A DNA stretch of 64,000 nt from Phoronis australis (GCA_002633005.1 NMRA01000685.1:142430-206429), one strand, 5' to 3'; counted from the first letter of the stretch, positions 27,250 to 39,204 are shown. Numbers and translations are program-made. Notes: generated from the sequence alone by a model not told the origin.

Positions 27250-28141
27250 TGTTATCTCACGCTAAATGATGATGTGGTGTTTTTGCCAATATCGAGATTG
27301 TTATCTTCAAGAAACACGATGTCAAGCCATCTTGATGATTATTTTTATTTTAGTACAGCGACCACTAACGGCCACTGTGGCTGTCAATCAGTTGACTCCT
27401 CCCAGTGACCACATATGTTCCTGTAACCACGTGTTTCTTTGTACCAGGGCTTAATAAGCTAGTCCTATCTTGTTCTATGTATCCAACCTCGTCGTTCTTT
27501 TTCATATAATCACAAATTCCTACCAGAGTCATTTTACGACTACTTGTCTTCAAGACATTTTGGTGCCGAAACCCGTTTATAGGCTAAAGCTGAACCATGA
27601 CGGATAACGCCATCTAATTCCAATCTTCTAACGAAGGACCGCCGGCGGCGCAGAGCCCACAGAGGCATCGTAACAATGTTGGTTGCTGAATCAACTGAAG
27701 ATCCGCCATCCACTCAAACTATGGACGATCTTCAAACTAATATAGAACTGATCGACTCGAAACTTGATCTGATCAACGCCCTGGACAATCGGACATCAGA
27801 TCTCACTCAAGAAGACGACATAGAAATCGCCATCACTGAGGCCGATTCCTTCAACACAGCCCTTTACCGCCAGCGAGCGACACTTGTGTGTTTTCTCCAA
27901 AAACACTCTGTATCCACCGCTGCACCCTCTGAATCTGGATCGCACGCCGACCTATCATCATCGTCATCCGGAGTTAGCAAGCAACACACTCATCTGCCTA
28001 AACTCAATGGTGACAGTCTTACGTGGACAACATTCAACGACGCTTTCCACTCAGCCATTCACTCCGATTCCAACCTCGTCGTTCGTTTTCCTATAATCAC
28101 ACATACCCACCAGGGACATTTATCTACTTGTTTTCAAGACA
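27250..28141 (+). mobile_element. Internally deleted Bel/Pao LTR retrotransposon: 5' LTR (~27250-27557), PBS, gag fragment, 3' LTR end (28069-28141)
   Basis: The LTR ends 'caagaca' and is followed by PBS 'ttttggtgccgaaacccg'. ORF 27676-28173 carries a DUF1759-like gag motif (LPKLNGDSLTWTTFNDAFHSAIHS). 28069-28141 repeats 27482-27557. The LTR start is uncertain. Confidence 0.8.
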
Positions 28142-28326
28142 CACGGCACAGCTCTATTTTAACGTCTCACTAGTAGTCAAATAGTTGATTAAAATCACCA
28201 TAAATACAAGGGGCTATCACTACTAAATTGTAACGCAAGAATTTAGTGTTACACTTGTGGCTATAGTATAAAAAATCCTAGACCACTGATTGAATGAGTC
28301 AATTAAAGCCCGATCCAAAAAAAAAA

Positions 28327-29211
28327 CTACAACTGGTTACTAAGAATGTGTTTCAGAGTTGACCAAGAAAAAGAAGGAAAGTATAGTTCAATAAACGTGC
28401 TCAGTTCAGCTGCGCAATTCACTGAACGTTTTTTGTAGGCTGTTTCTCCACTCTTAGCTTCATACAATATCACTCCGTCGCTGGTTTCTTTAAATGCGCA
28501 AGACAATCCCGGAGGACTAATGACTGCTCTCACAAACTGATGGAAATGATGACCACTGCTATGCGAGTAGATTGTCTCATTAAGCAGTGCAGCTAACTTA
28601 TCATGTGAAAACGCATCTAGATTGAAACTATAAACGTCAACCCACTGAGCCTCCTCGAAACCTGAAAAAAATGGATCGGTCTTCCTTATGAGCTGGCGAC
28701 GAACATAATGATCACCCACTTTGGCATATTTGCATATCGTACAATTATGCTGATAAGATGGAGATTCCACTTCAAAATCCAATGGGAATGCATCAAAAGA
28801 TGGCTGTCCAAATCCCACATCTACCAAAAACGTGTCCCCCTCTTCCTGTAGATCCTTAACAATAACAATAACATGAGCCGGATACTTGTCCTTCATCACC
28901 TGTGCCACACCGCAATAGGAGTGGAAACCCAAACCTGCCAGCAGCGCACACATGAATGTATTCAGCTCGTAACACAAACCACCTTGTCGGCTCATAACTT
29001 TCTCTTTGACAGTGTCCCATCTTGGAATACACCTCTGATCCTCGGGAATCATTAGTAGATTGAAGTTGGTAAACGGGATGTGGTGACTAAATGCTGTAAT
29101 TATCTGTTTCAAATAGGCAGCCTTGTCCAGTTTCCCCGCGCAATCCTCAAAACTAACACCAGTAACCTTTAGGAAATGTCCGACTTCCTCTGGAGACAGC
29201 TGCATAGCCAT
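28327..29211 (-). CDS. Arylamine N-acetyltransferase family protein, intronless, 294 aa
   Basis: IPFTN, RQGGLCYELN (Cys), PAHVIVIV (His) and FLVDVGFG (Asp): the complete NAT catalytic triad. Confidence 0.93.
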   Translation of the reverse strand: MAMQLSPEEVGHFLKVTGVSFEDCAGKLDKAAYLKQIITAFSHHIPFTNFNLLMIPEDQRCIPRWDTVKEKVMSRQGGLCYELNTFMCALLAGLGFHSYCGVAQVMKDKYPAHVIVIVKDLQEEGDTFLVDVGFGQPSFDAFPLDFEVESPSYQHNCTICKYAKVGDHYVRRQLIRKTDPFFSGFEEAQWVDVYSFNLDAFSHDKLAALLNETIYSHSSGHHFHQFVRAVISPPGLSCAFKETSDGVILYEAKSGETAYKKRSVNCAAELSTFIELYFPSFSWSTLKHILSNQL

Positions 29212-29475
29212 TACATTGAAGTTGTTGTGTGAGCAAGTGCACTCATTTATCGGTAAGCTGAATACTATTTGACCCCGGGCAGGCCTTTCGCAACAACACG
29301 ATATATGAATAGGTTTACGGCTGAACGTGATAACATTTCACGACATACAGTACCAGACAAAAGTAATCGAACAAAATAATGTTTACCCACTACCACATGA
29401 AAATGTCTGGTAATAACTTTTATGATCGACATATGTCCCGAATGATTTATAAATAGTTCGTGCGTCGCAAGCTTG

Positions 29476-29657
29476 TTACCAGAGATGAAACCAAGACCGG
29501 GGTAGGCGATATAAGGTCATTTATTATGACTAATACAATTACAAGTAAGGTCATATATATGACTAAAATGAGTAAGGTCAGTTAAATGACTAATATAATT
29601 ACAAGTATTAGGTAGTGACTAAACATAAGTAAAGTAAAAAATACTAATCTCTGGTAA
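29476..29657. mobile_element. Small TIR element carrying internal degenerate tandem repeats, upstream of the NAT gene
   Basis: 'ttaccagagat' (29476-29486) and 'atctctggtaa' (29647-29657) flank repeated 'taaggtca...tgactaa' units. Confidence 0.5.
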
Positions 29658-29849
29658 GATGGGCAAATGAAAAGCGCCACAAGAGCCATTGGGAAGACTA
29701 ATCTGACGATGAATTCGGGTTCCTCCAAGCCGCCACAACAGAAAATTCCAGTACATTTTGCTTGTACAGAACAATTCTTTACGGTTACAAAGTGAGTTAA
29801 TTTGTAACTACATCATGAACTGGCAAAATCTGTTCTTAAAAATGAAGAA

Positions 29850-30735
29850 CGAAGTGTCGCTCTTTGTCAAAAACACTTTTCAGAATTAACCAAGAAAACG
29901 AAGGAAAACATTGCTCAACAAATGCCATAACTTCAGCTGCAGACTTTACTGTGCGTCTTTTGTAGTCTCTTTCAGAGTGACTGGCCTCATACACAAATTT
30001 TACGCTGTTTCTTTAAATGCACACGACATTCCAGGGAGACTAATCGGACTGCTCTTAAATGATGGAAAGAATGGGTGCTACTGTGAAAGGTAGACGGACT
30101 CATTGAGAGATATGCAGTTACTCAGTGATCAGGTGAACACATCCAAACTGAAACTGTAGACATCTACCCACTGAGAATACGTAAAAGATGGAAAGAATGG
30201 CTCATTCTTTATTGAGAACTGCTGGCAAAAGTAGCGACCCCATTTGTATATTTGCACATTACACAGTTATGCTGGTAAATCGGAGATCGACTTCATTCCA
30301 AAAGAAATACGTCAAAAGCAGGCACACTGAATCCTGCGTCAACCAAAAAAGTATCGGACTCTTTTTGCAGATTGGTAACAATGACAAAAACATGTGATGG
30401 AGGACCAACCTTCCTCACTTGCGCCACACTGCAATATGCCTGGAAACTCAAGCCTGACAACAGGGCACAAACAAACATGTTCAACTCCACCGTAGCACAG
30501 TCCACCTTGCCGATTCATTACCTTCTCTTTGTCTTCGTCCCAGCATGGCACACACCTCTCCTTATTTACAACCAACAACAGATTCAAGTTGGTAACTGGA
30601 ATCTGCTGACCGATGACCTTCAAGAAATGCAAAATTTCATCTTGTCAGTGAGAGCTGGACATCCATAATACGGAATCATGATGTCGGATGCCTCGAAAAC
30701 ACTAGTTGAAAAATGACCTAGTTTCACTGCACACA
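29850..30735 (-). pseudogene. Frameshifted tandem paralog of the NAT gene
   Basis: Fragments in different frames: IPVTNLNLL..PCWDEDKEKVMNRQGGLCY / ELNMFVCALLSGLSF..SHVFVIV..DTFLVDAGF. There is a frameshifting insertion right after the catalytic CY, plus further lesions. Confidence 0.88.
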
Positions 30736-30855
30736 CATTCTAGTGTTAAATAGGGTGATACCTCACCAGTTGACCTTTTAAAAGGCTTCTAACACAGTGT
30801 GAGTGCCCATAGTTTCTCTAAACCCTGTCTGACGTTAGTTACGACAATGAACTTA

Positions 30856-31077
30856 CAGGACTTGGAATTTTCCTCTTTTTAGGGGATCTCCTCTTTTTGG
30901 TTTCGATTTCCTCTTATTTTATCTCCAGTTTCCTCTTTTTCGTCTCTTTATTATCATTATTTTGACTTTATTCATACAAAAAACGTTTATCTCATTTACA
31001 TTTTACATCACACAAGACTAAATTTATTTATAGAAACTAAACTTTCCTCTTTTTGTCATTGGTCATTCCAAGCCATG
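30856..31077. mobile_element. hAT-like MITE
   Basis: Ends 'caggacttggaat' and 'attccaagccatg'; internal 'ttcctcttttt' repeats; no clear TSD. Confidence 0.45.
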
Positions 31078-32911
31078 CTGAAAAATAATAAAGCTTTTAA
31101 TTGGTGATACTTATCTTTTATGAAAAAAATCACTTGTTTACCTGGGTCATATTTAGTTTAACGTCAACGGTTAGTGAGGTTTTACCATAAACAGGTTCTA
31201 GTTGAAGGATTGTAAAGCATCTGAGTGTGTGACTACCAAACTTTACTTTTAAAACGTCTAATAAATTGACCAAGTGGGTCTTGTTTTGAATAAACTCTCA
31301 ACATTAGGGCATTGTGATCGGTTGATGTTTGAGTCAAGTTTAGTGCAGACGGCAAAGCCAGAAATTATCTGACATACAACTTGGAAGAGTATTCCATTAA
31401 CACATCTAAGAATCAGATCTAATGGCTGAGAAACTTCGTGACTGACTTTGGCGAATCATTTGTCAGCTGACAAGTTGTCTGACGGCCATTTCCATTCCGT
31501 TTGTCGCGTACTGTCGCATGACATGCAAATTCCTCCAAACGTCAACCAATATATACCAAAACACGACGATTTCTGCGGCAAGAGGGATCTTATTTAGTTA
31601 ATGGAACTGAAGATTAGGTTGTTAGATTGCAGAGAAATATCGGCGGATATCTGACAAGTGATTATTTAATTCAATGAAAAAAGACAGGCGCACCAACGTG
31701 CGATTTTGCGCCTTAGTGCAAGATGGGCATCACGGAGACTTGCCTCGTAGACCATTTTGCGAGTTCGTCATCAGCCCGAAATTTCTTGCATTCATTTGGT
31801 TATGTGTTTCAAGTGAAGGATAAACGTACATGTAAACCAAATCGGTTATTCTGCAGGCGTTCTAAAGTGGGCCGTTGGGGGAAGTGTCGCCGCATAACGC
31901 CTCGTATTTTATTTACAGACACGCTCGAGAAGTTAGTTAGCGATAGAAACACAAGTTTGCCTACATTTTTTCAAATAAAACGTTATTTGTGGTAGTTGCA
32001 TGGCCTACTATGAACCAAAATACAGCACCGGGTGCTGACGAACACACAAGATTCGGTTGATGAAAGAATTAGTCAGCAGTGTATGTGGAAACATCAACAT
32101 GTTTCGGATGCCCACGCCTTTTTATCAACAGTGCATTTGCTGTGAAGTTAACCCACGTTTTTATGTATATGTCATTTGGAAACCGAGAGTGGTCTTCAAA
32201 GATTTGTTCTGTGCCTTTTTAATGATAGATTTCTTTAGTTTGGGATTGCGAATTTTTGTGACGAAAACGTGAACAGCACAGAAGGTGATTACTTTATAAC
32301 TTATGTATGTTTGAAGCAGCTGTTAACGAAAACCACGCAAAGCCAAAGCACTAGAGTAGGCTACATGGCACTGCATTGTTTCCAAGTGGTATCAGAAAGC
32401 ATAGAGAAGGTATTTACGTGCAAGTATTGCCGGAGTTTCGAGAGTAAATTCATTATTACATCGTAAGTCGTTTCCAAGTGTCGTCTCTAGACTTGTCAAT
32501 GGGGGCCGGGCACTGCATGGTTGGGATTTTGTCTTAGTGACAGTCTTCATTCTGACATGATTCAAACTACTGAGGAACAAGTATCGCGTAAAATTCCGTG
32601 GTCTTGCGTAATCTCTATTTTCTCACGCTACTGTAACTTGTGACACACCTTTAATTGCGTCATAAGCTATTTCTCAGTGCAAACCCGTACTTGGTACCCG
32701 TACTTCACACCCGGATACTACAATTAGTCTTCGCTCCACCACCGGGGAAGTTTGAAAAATCGGATCCAACTGCACTGCCGACTCGGCTGTTTCCATAACA
32801 CAGACGGCCTATAAATGACACAATAAGACCTAAAACGTATTTTCAATATTATCCCACGCGCGTTGAATCTGTCGAGGGAATACGGCCATGGCCGTATTCA
32901 CCTCCCGCACT

Positions 32912-33494
32912 CTCGCTGGTTCCCTGCGTGCCGCTAGGTGGGGCGGTAGCCGCGCCAGCACGCAGGTATCACTTAAATTTCCTCTGTAAATTTTTTTACA
33001 CCGGCGTTTCTGATTGGCTAGTCGATTCGTCAACAGGCAGCGCTTTGCGCAAACAAAATGGCATGGCTGATGGACTGAAGTGTAAATGTGGTCTGTTGTA
33101 CAGACAAACCGGTGCTTAAAATTATGTTCAGGAAATGTGAAGCCTAGAAATTGTGATTGAGCCTTTTCGGAATGCATCTTTCTACTGTCGATGACTTTTG
33201 TTTACGATAGTGTCTTTATACAGTATGAATAACACACCGTAATATGTGTTTATTGTGCATGTATGTGCTTCAAGCACGCGGCTATTAAACATCACTGCAC
33301 AAACGAAATAGTTGCTGCGACGCCACTTGCATGACAAGGCTAAAATCATTCACAGTCTGCCATTTTTTCCACGGTGTTGTAAAGCTAACCAATGACTGCC
33401 AAGATTACATCGACCAATCATAAATGCTAAAGCGCGTGCCATTGCGTGATACCTGCGTGCTGGCTGGGCTAAGCACGCAGGGAACCAGCGAGGC
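32912..33494. mobile_element. TIR element (non-autonomous DNA transposon)
   Basis: 'ctcgctggttccctgcgtgc...gccagcacgcaggtatcac' versus 'gtgatacctgcgtgctggc...gcacgcagggaaccagcgag'. Confidence 0.7.
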
Positions 33495-34023
33495 ACTACG
33501 CCAAGCGACCTCTGACATGGAAAGTTAAAAAATTAGGTCAATGTCGACTCGACGTCTTCAGCCGGTTCGATGATCAAACTTTCCGAATATAGTTTAAAGT
33601 AATACAGTTGCAACAGTGTAACTAACACTCGACATGCAACAAGGGCCTCAACGTAAAATCTGGAACAAAACTGTTTATTACAAGACACTTTCTCTCAGTT
33701 TTCAGTTGCTGAATACTATATCGTCTGCAACTCAGGCGCCGAATCCTTGGAAATTAAAATATCAATAATTGTTGTTTTTTTAACTATTTCTAGGAGATGT
33801 TACAAGTTCACTGCTCAGTTGCCGTTTTTTCATCTTTGCTACCTCTTTTCAAGAAATAAATCGTTACTTTTAAAACTGTTTCTTTTTCAAGAGAAAGAGT
33901 TGCAACCTAACGCGCATGCAAGTACATATATATAAGATGTGATCCGCCATTTGAACAGTTTTGTGAAGTATTTGAAAAATCTGCCGAAGAATGTAAGAAA
34001 CTTAAAAATTCGAAGCGCATGGG

Positions 34024-34114
34024 ATAAATACAAAACGTACCTCGATTGGCGTACATGAAGTAATATTCCACTTGACCTTCATGTACGCCACTCTCGGTAC
34101 GTTTTGTTTATTTA
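34024..34114. repeat. ~90-nt hairpin
   Basis: 'acaaaacgtacc...tggcgtacatgaag' pairs with 'cttcatgtacgcca...ggtacgttttgt'. Confidence 0.75.
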
Positions 34115-35509
34115 TTGTTGAGTAGATCCATTTTCACGAAAGACGTCGCTCTAGTCGGTTGACACGCAGTGTTGGCTTACGTAGTAAACGGTGTAGATCA
34201 TAATGATAGAAACGGTAGTTGAGTTTTGCTGACCCGAGATAAAAAAAAGCAATCCGATGTGTTTCTGTGATTTTATTAGAAATCCCTGATTCCGGACGGT
34301 GGCTTCCAGCCATGCCTTCGGTGGAATAAACAGAAATCGATATCCTTGACCTTACACCAGTAATTTAACAGTGGCCCGAATGAAGTCTGGATTGCTATAA
34401 CCGGACGACTCACCGCCGCGAACGTGACTTATTCAGCAACTGAAGTTACGTTTGAACATAAAACTGGTAGAGTTCTATGGTTTGAAATTTCCGAGTTTTT
34501 ATAGGCAGCGAAAAGGTTCAAAATAGACAACACAAAGTATTCTGAATTCAGTGGTTTTTAATTTCCCCTGGCAAGGTCGTAGTCATAAAATAAAGCGCAC
34601 CCGAGCTGTTCGTGATAACAACGAAGGAGGGATCAAAATTTATCATTTATCTTTTGTAAAGCTTTATAGATTAACATGTTAGCAAAGTTTATAGACACGG
34701 GTCAATCTAACCCCTCCCACTTGATACATTTAATGAATTATGCTGATTTTCTTAACACATTTATGGCTGAACAGTGACCTGGTGGCCAAGAAAAGTTGTT
34801 TTTTTTTACCCAGAGGCATGGCATTTATTAAGAACTTGTTTTATATAGAGGGCAATATTTTGAGTTGCAGAGTTGTCAGAAATGGTTTAGATACCAAAAC
34901 TAAATTTAATATGGAATTTAACAGTCCTGTTACAGTGTTTGTTAAAGACCAATAGAAATGTGTTATTGTTAGAGTTGTGAACTTTTATGGTTATTGTCCT
35001 GTGATGCCAACTAACAAAAACGAAGCGGGAATAGTATCTTTAAAATGAAATTGAGAAGTGATGTGAGAAGGTGTCGACTTATTTGTGCCCAATTTAATAG
35101 TTTTTCCGAAGTCTCAAAGCAGAGTCAAAATGGTCCAAAGAATTTAATTTGACCACGAATACTTGTTCTTGGGTCATAAGAGGCCAGGGGAGAAAATGGG
35201 TAGCTGATGACAGGGCGAGTTTGCCTGTTGAATTGAAACCTTTCCATGGTCCTGTGATGTCTAATGATCGTGGTATGGGGTGAATATCCCTTGTAGAAGC
35301 TGATGAAAACTAATGCAGAACTGAGGTCGGGTTTGCGTTTTGCCCCAGTGTTTCCTATCCTATCATACTTTTTGAAAACTGGATATCCCAATCTCTCTAT
35401 ACTCTCATTAGCTTTCAAAATCTAAATTCTCCATTTGTTCGGTATACACATCAAAGTAGTCCCGCTATTTGTAATTATATGTAGTTTTACATTCGGCTAC
35501 TATAATCAT

Positions 35510-35722
35510 ATGGAGGTGGCCTGGTACACGCTGTACCAGACGTTAGCAGGCCTTTGAACTGATCACTTGGAATCACCTTGTGCTTTATTAGTACATAGTT
35601 AAACCAAGCTGAGGAGATAGAGACCTGACTCAAGGGTTTAGCAGTGTGTCCCACAGGGACTCGAACGTACGATTCGAGTACAGGATGCGAATACTTATCC
35701 CACTAAGCTAAACTGCCTCCAC
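35510..35722 (-). mobile_element. tRNA-derived SINE
   Basis: Minus strand A-box 'tagcttagtgg' and B-box 'gttcgagtcc'; no full cloverleaf; the 3' limit is approximate. Confidence 0.55.
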
Positions 35723-35892
35723 TAAGTGGCGGTGTAATTTTAAAAACTGTTTTAGTGCAATTTGGCCCTACTTTTCTCGTGTCCTCATCTATAATGCCAC
35801 TATATACAAGAACTTAGCATTTCGACATTTGTAATTTTTCACCAAGTTTATTTGCAAAACAAAAGTTCTCTGACAAGGTACTTTTGAAGAAA

Positions 35893-35980
35893 ATTTCGGT
35901 GACTCCGAAGGGTTTTGAACCCAGGTTCCACGTACGACAACAAAGCGTCTAAATCATTCAACCAAAAGACGATTGCCACT
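35893..35980 (-). mobile_element. tRNA-like SINE head (degenerate)
   Basis: 'tggttgaatgatttagacgc...gggttcaaaaccc' on the minus strand. Confidence 0.4.
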
Positions 35981-36726
35981 TGGCAAGCGGCTTAGAGAGG
36001 CTTTATCTGACTGTACGTGTCATCACAACCGAAAGTTACGCTTCACAATACTACTCACGAAATCCATTCTTAAACGCCTACAGCTCAAGGCCATCGAGTA
36101 CACTAAGGTCTTTTCAAATTTGTTGTTACGAAACTTTCCTTAATAAGAATTTCAAAACCTTTCTTCCGACCATAGACCCTACTTAAGGTTTTTACAAAAA
36201 GTTATAAAAATCGGTCGTTTAAAAGGAAAATCAACCGTTTTTATAGTTACCTTTGCAGTAAACCCCTTGCCGGGTTACCTTGATTCGATATTTGGCCTTG
36301 TGAATTACAAATGGCGCCACCAGAACCCGCGACTTTCAGCCTTTACTCACAACCCCTCAATTACTCCAGAATTAGAAAATTTCTCTGACTGAGTGAACTC
36401 TCAACCTTTGAAACTATCAAAACATACTCAACCAAAAAATATTCGAGTAGTACTTGCGTGTCCGGCTTTCGCAACTGTAGGTAGGGTCGAGACAAGAGGG
36501 TTAATGAAACACACTTGGCTTTGGAGAACAGAACGGATTTTTGGGATAATTCATGGATGGGAACTCTGTTTGAAATTATTAACTTTGACCACAGGTATGC
36601 AAGAACGACAACAAAATCGGTAGTATTTTTTCTATTTTTTTACAAATCACCAGTTCATCGTTGCCTGTCACGCATTCGCTGAAATTGACTTTATCACTTC
36701 ATTACGCTCCTCTGCTTGTCGAGGTT

Positions 36727-39204
36727 TTATGGCTTGTTACACAGTCCAAAAGTACGCCAAGCCCTCTTCCCATAAACATTAATAAGCAGAATAAACGCGC
36801 CTTTCACAGCCTTAAATATTGAAAACATGAAGTCAAACATTTTGGTTCCAATAACCATTCCAAGAAAATTTAATGACGAGATGAGAGTGAAAAGAAGAAT
36901 TAGTTTCACGTATATCACAAAATCTCTCTTAAGCGGTTGGTAGTGCTGGGTCAGGCCTCCTCGCTGTCTTGTCCTTCGATACAAACGATAAGCCCCGGCA
37001 AAGCACAGGAAAATGTCAAGAACCGAAGTCGCCAAAATGGGTATATATTGGTAGTAAAGATTTGCCGATGTTTTGTCAAACCAGCAATCGTCGGACATTG
37101 GGAATCCCGGTTGAAAGTTTACATCCACCTGAATGTAATCCATAATACACACAACTATTGCCAATGTTAAAGGTATCAACCAGCCAAGGAGTGCAAAAAG
37201 GACAAAGCTTGTGATACTGTTGGCTTTCTGCTTGTCATCTTCGTGAAATAATGTGAAGAAATGGCAGCCAATCGCGTTTAGCCACGTGCATATCGACACT
37301 TCAGTCCATAAGCTTAGTGTTGCTACCACTGAGCAAGCAACGGGATATGTGACCAGGTGCGGTCGTATCATGTAGCAAATTCCATTGAGAAACATCTGGA
37401 ACACAAAACAGAAATACAGTTTTTCTGTGTAATTCTGGTACACTTTAGCTCCAAATTGCAAAACAATCCGTACAAAGCAACACGCGACCAGGATACCCCC
37501 GCAAACGAACTCGAGAGTGTCGGCGGTCGAGAAGTTCCTGTAAGTTTTCCACACAGCTTCGCAATAAAACACGACATTGCTTTCAATCAGATAATATCCA
37601 TTCGCTCTCGTTAGGTTGAGATCATTCATGAAAATGCTACCATCCTTTCGTAAAACATACGGACCCCTGTATGTATGATAATGGTTACAACGTAGACCTA
37701 TGCTTGTAGGTACAATACCCTGGTTTCCTTGCGTGCCACGGTTTTTCTCACACGTGATGCGTGACACATTGACCGTGACTTCTAAACGTCCTAAAAATCC
37801 AAAATCGTTCTGCATCAAATACCACTGAATTTGTGATTGAAGTCCACCGCGTACCACACCTACACTGTCGTTTGAAGATGCGTTACAAGCCGATGAGGTA
37901 ACCTGCCAAAAATCTACAGTTACTGACCCTATGGCTACTCCTTGTGAATCCAAAGGCAGGGCAAACTTATGGACCGTAATGTCAGGGGGGAGAAGAACGT
38001 CAAAAGTTTTTACTATAAAAAGTGTTAGATGCTGGGATAATTGAAGTGAAGGTAAATATCGACCGTTCACAAAATGTCTTCTAACTGCCATTATGTCCAT
38101 TTTAATATCAACGTGGTTCAGACGATAATTTGGTACGCACGCTCCATTTGATAACGAGTAGTATCTATGACAGCTCGTATAAAGACACTGTTGAAGGCTT
38201 TCTGTCTTACAAAGAATGGAGGTAACCATTTCGTTATCGGTTTTAGCGTTGCCAATGGAAGTCGTTAAATTTATGTGAATGTTGCGTTCTTTTCCAGCAC
38301 CAATTGAAAAATTATACAACAATTTTCCCATGAAGTTGGCTTGTTCCAGCGTAGCATTTCCAATTTGTTGTGCACCACAAGATGCGTTCAGTGGTACACC
38401 ACGTCCACTGCAATAAGCACAGTACAGGTTTTTGAAAGTAAAACCTTCAAACGTGAAAAATGTCTGCGTGCTCCTGCACAATAAATCAATTGTTGGAAAA
38501 TCTCCGTTCGCGCATTGGTCTATAGCGTCACGTTTACACTCTCTGCCTGGGCCAATTGATTCTCCAATGTCGAAAGAACATCCTGGGTAATCGAGTAGTG
38601 GCAGAACATCTTGTAATAGCACGGACACATTTTCAATGGCGCCGGGAACACATTTCAGATGTCCTGGCCAAAATACCATGTCTCCGTCATTTACAGAATG
38701 ACATTTGGCGCAGAACATGTTCCTGTAATGAATTCCATTGATCTTGTTGGTGACAGGAACCCTGTGTAGAAGACTGGAGTTTGTGTCAATGCAATCATTT
38801 TTCAAGCTGTTTGGATAATAAATAGTTACAAACTTAGGACACCCCGAAATGACACGCGTCGCACGACTTCCGGCACGAATACACTCGGTATTTTCAGTAG
38901 CAATGGAGGGCAAAGAAGCATTATGACAAACCTTCCAGAAATCGAAACAACAGTCGCCATAAATTTCACACCATTCGTCACAGGAACACTGCCGTGATTC
39001 CTGCGATGTTTGCCAACACAGACCAAAGCAGCTCTGAACCTTGCTAGACGCCAAACAGTTTCTATTAATTTCGTCGATGGTATTCAACGATCCATTCGTG
39101 TAACTTGTCGTGCTGCAAACTGTAGCTTGGGACGCCAAATACAACAGTAACCATACAAGGACACCAGAAAACATGTTCAGAATCAGAATGTCCACGATTA
39201 GCAT
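36727..39204 (-). CDS. Intronless 825-aa class-B-like (Methuselah/adhesion-like) 7TM receptor with an N-terminal somatomedin-B domain and Cys-rich ectodomain
   Basis: Signal peptide; SMB motif CSCDEWCEIYGDCCFDF; repeated Y/F-(R/K)N.(F/Y)CA.C motifs; seven hydrophobic segments; TM3-leading Cys, GW..P in TM4 and CWF in ECL2. Confidence 0.88.
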   Translation of the reverse strand: MLIVDILILNMFSGVLVWLLLYLASQATVCSTTSYTNGSLNTIDEINRNCLASSKVQSCFGLCWQTSQESRQCSCDEWCEIYGDCCFDFWKVCHNASLPSIATENTECIRAGSRATRVISGCPKFVTIYYPNSLKNDCIDTNSSLLHRVPVTNKINGIHYRNMFCAKCHSVNDGDMVFWPGHLKCVPGAIENVSVLLQDVLPLLDYPGCSFDIGESIGPGRECKRDAIDQCANGDFPTIDLLCRSTQTFFTFEGFTFKNLYCAYCSGRGVPLNASCGAQQIGNATLEQANFMGKLLYNFSIGAGKERNIHINLTTSIGNAKTDNEMVTSILCKTESLQQCLYTSCHRYYSLSNGACVPNYRLNHVDIKMDIMAVRRHFVNGRYLPSLQLSQHLTLFIVKTFDVLLPPDITVHKFALPLDSQGVAIGSVTVDFWQVTSSACNASSNDSVGVVRGGLQSQIQWYLMQNDFGFLGRLEVTVNVSRITCEKNRGTQGNQGIVPTSIGLRCNHYHTYRGPYVLRKDGSIFMNDLNLTRANGYYLIESNVVFYCEAVWKTYRNFSTADTLEFVCGGILVACCFVRIVLQFGAKVYQNYTEKLYFCFVFQMFLNGICYMIRPHLVTYPVACSVVATLSLWTEVSICTWLNAIGCHFFTLFHEDDKQKANSITSFVLFALLGWLIPLTLAIVVCIMDYIQVDVNFQPGFPMSDDCWFDKTSANLYYQYIPILATSVLDIFLCFAGAYRLYRRTRQRGGLTQHYQPLKRDFVIYVKLILLFTLISSLNFLGMVIGTKMFDFMFSIFKAVKGAFILLINVYGKRAWRTFGLCNKP

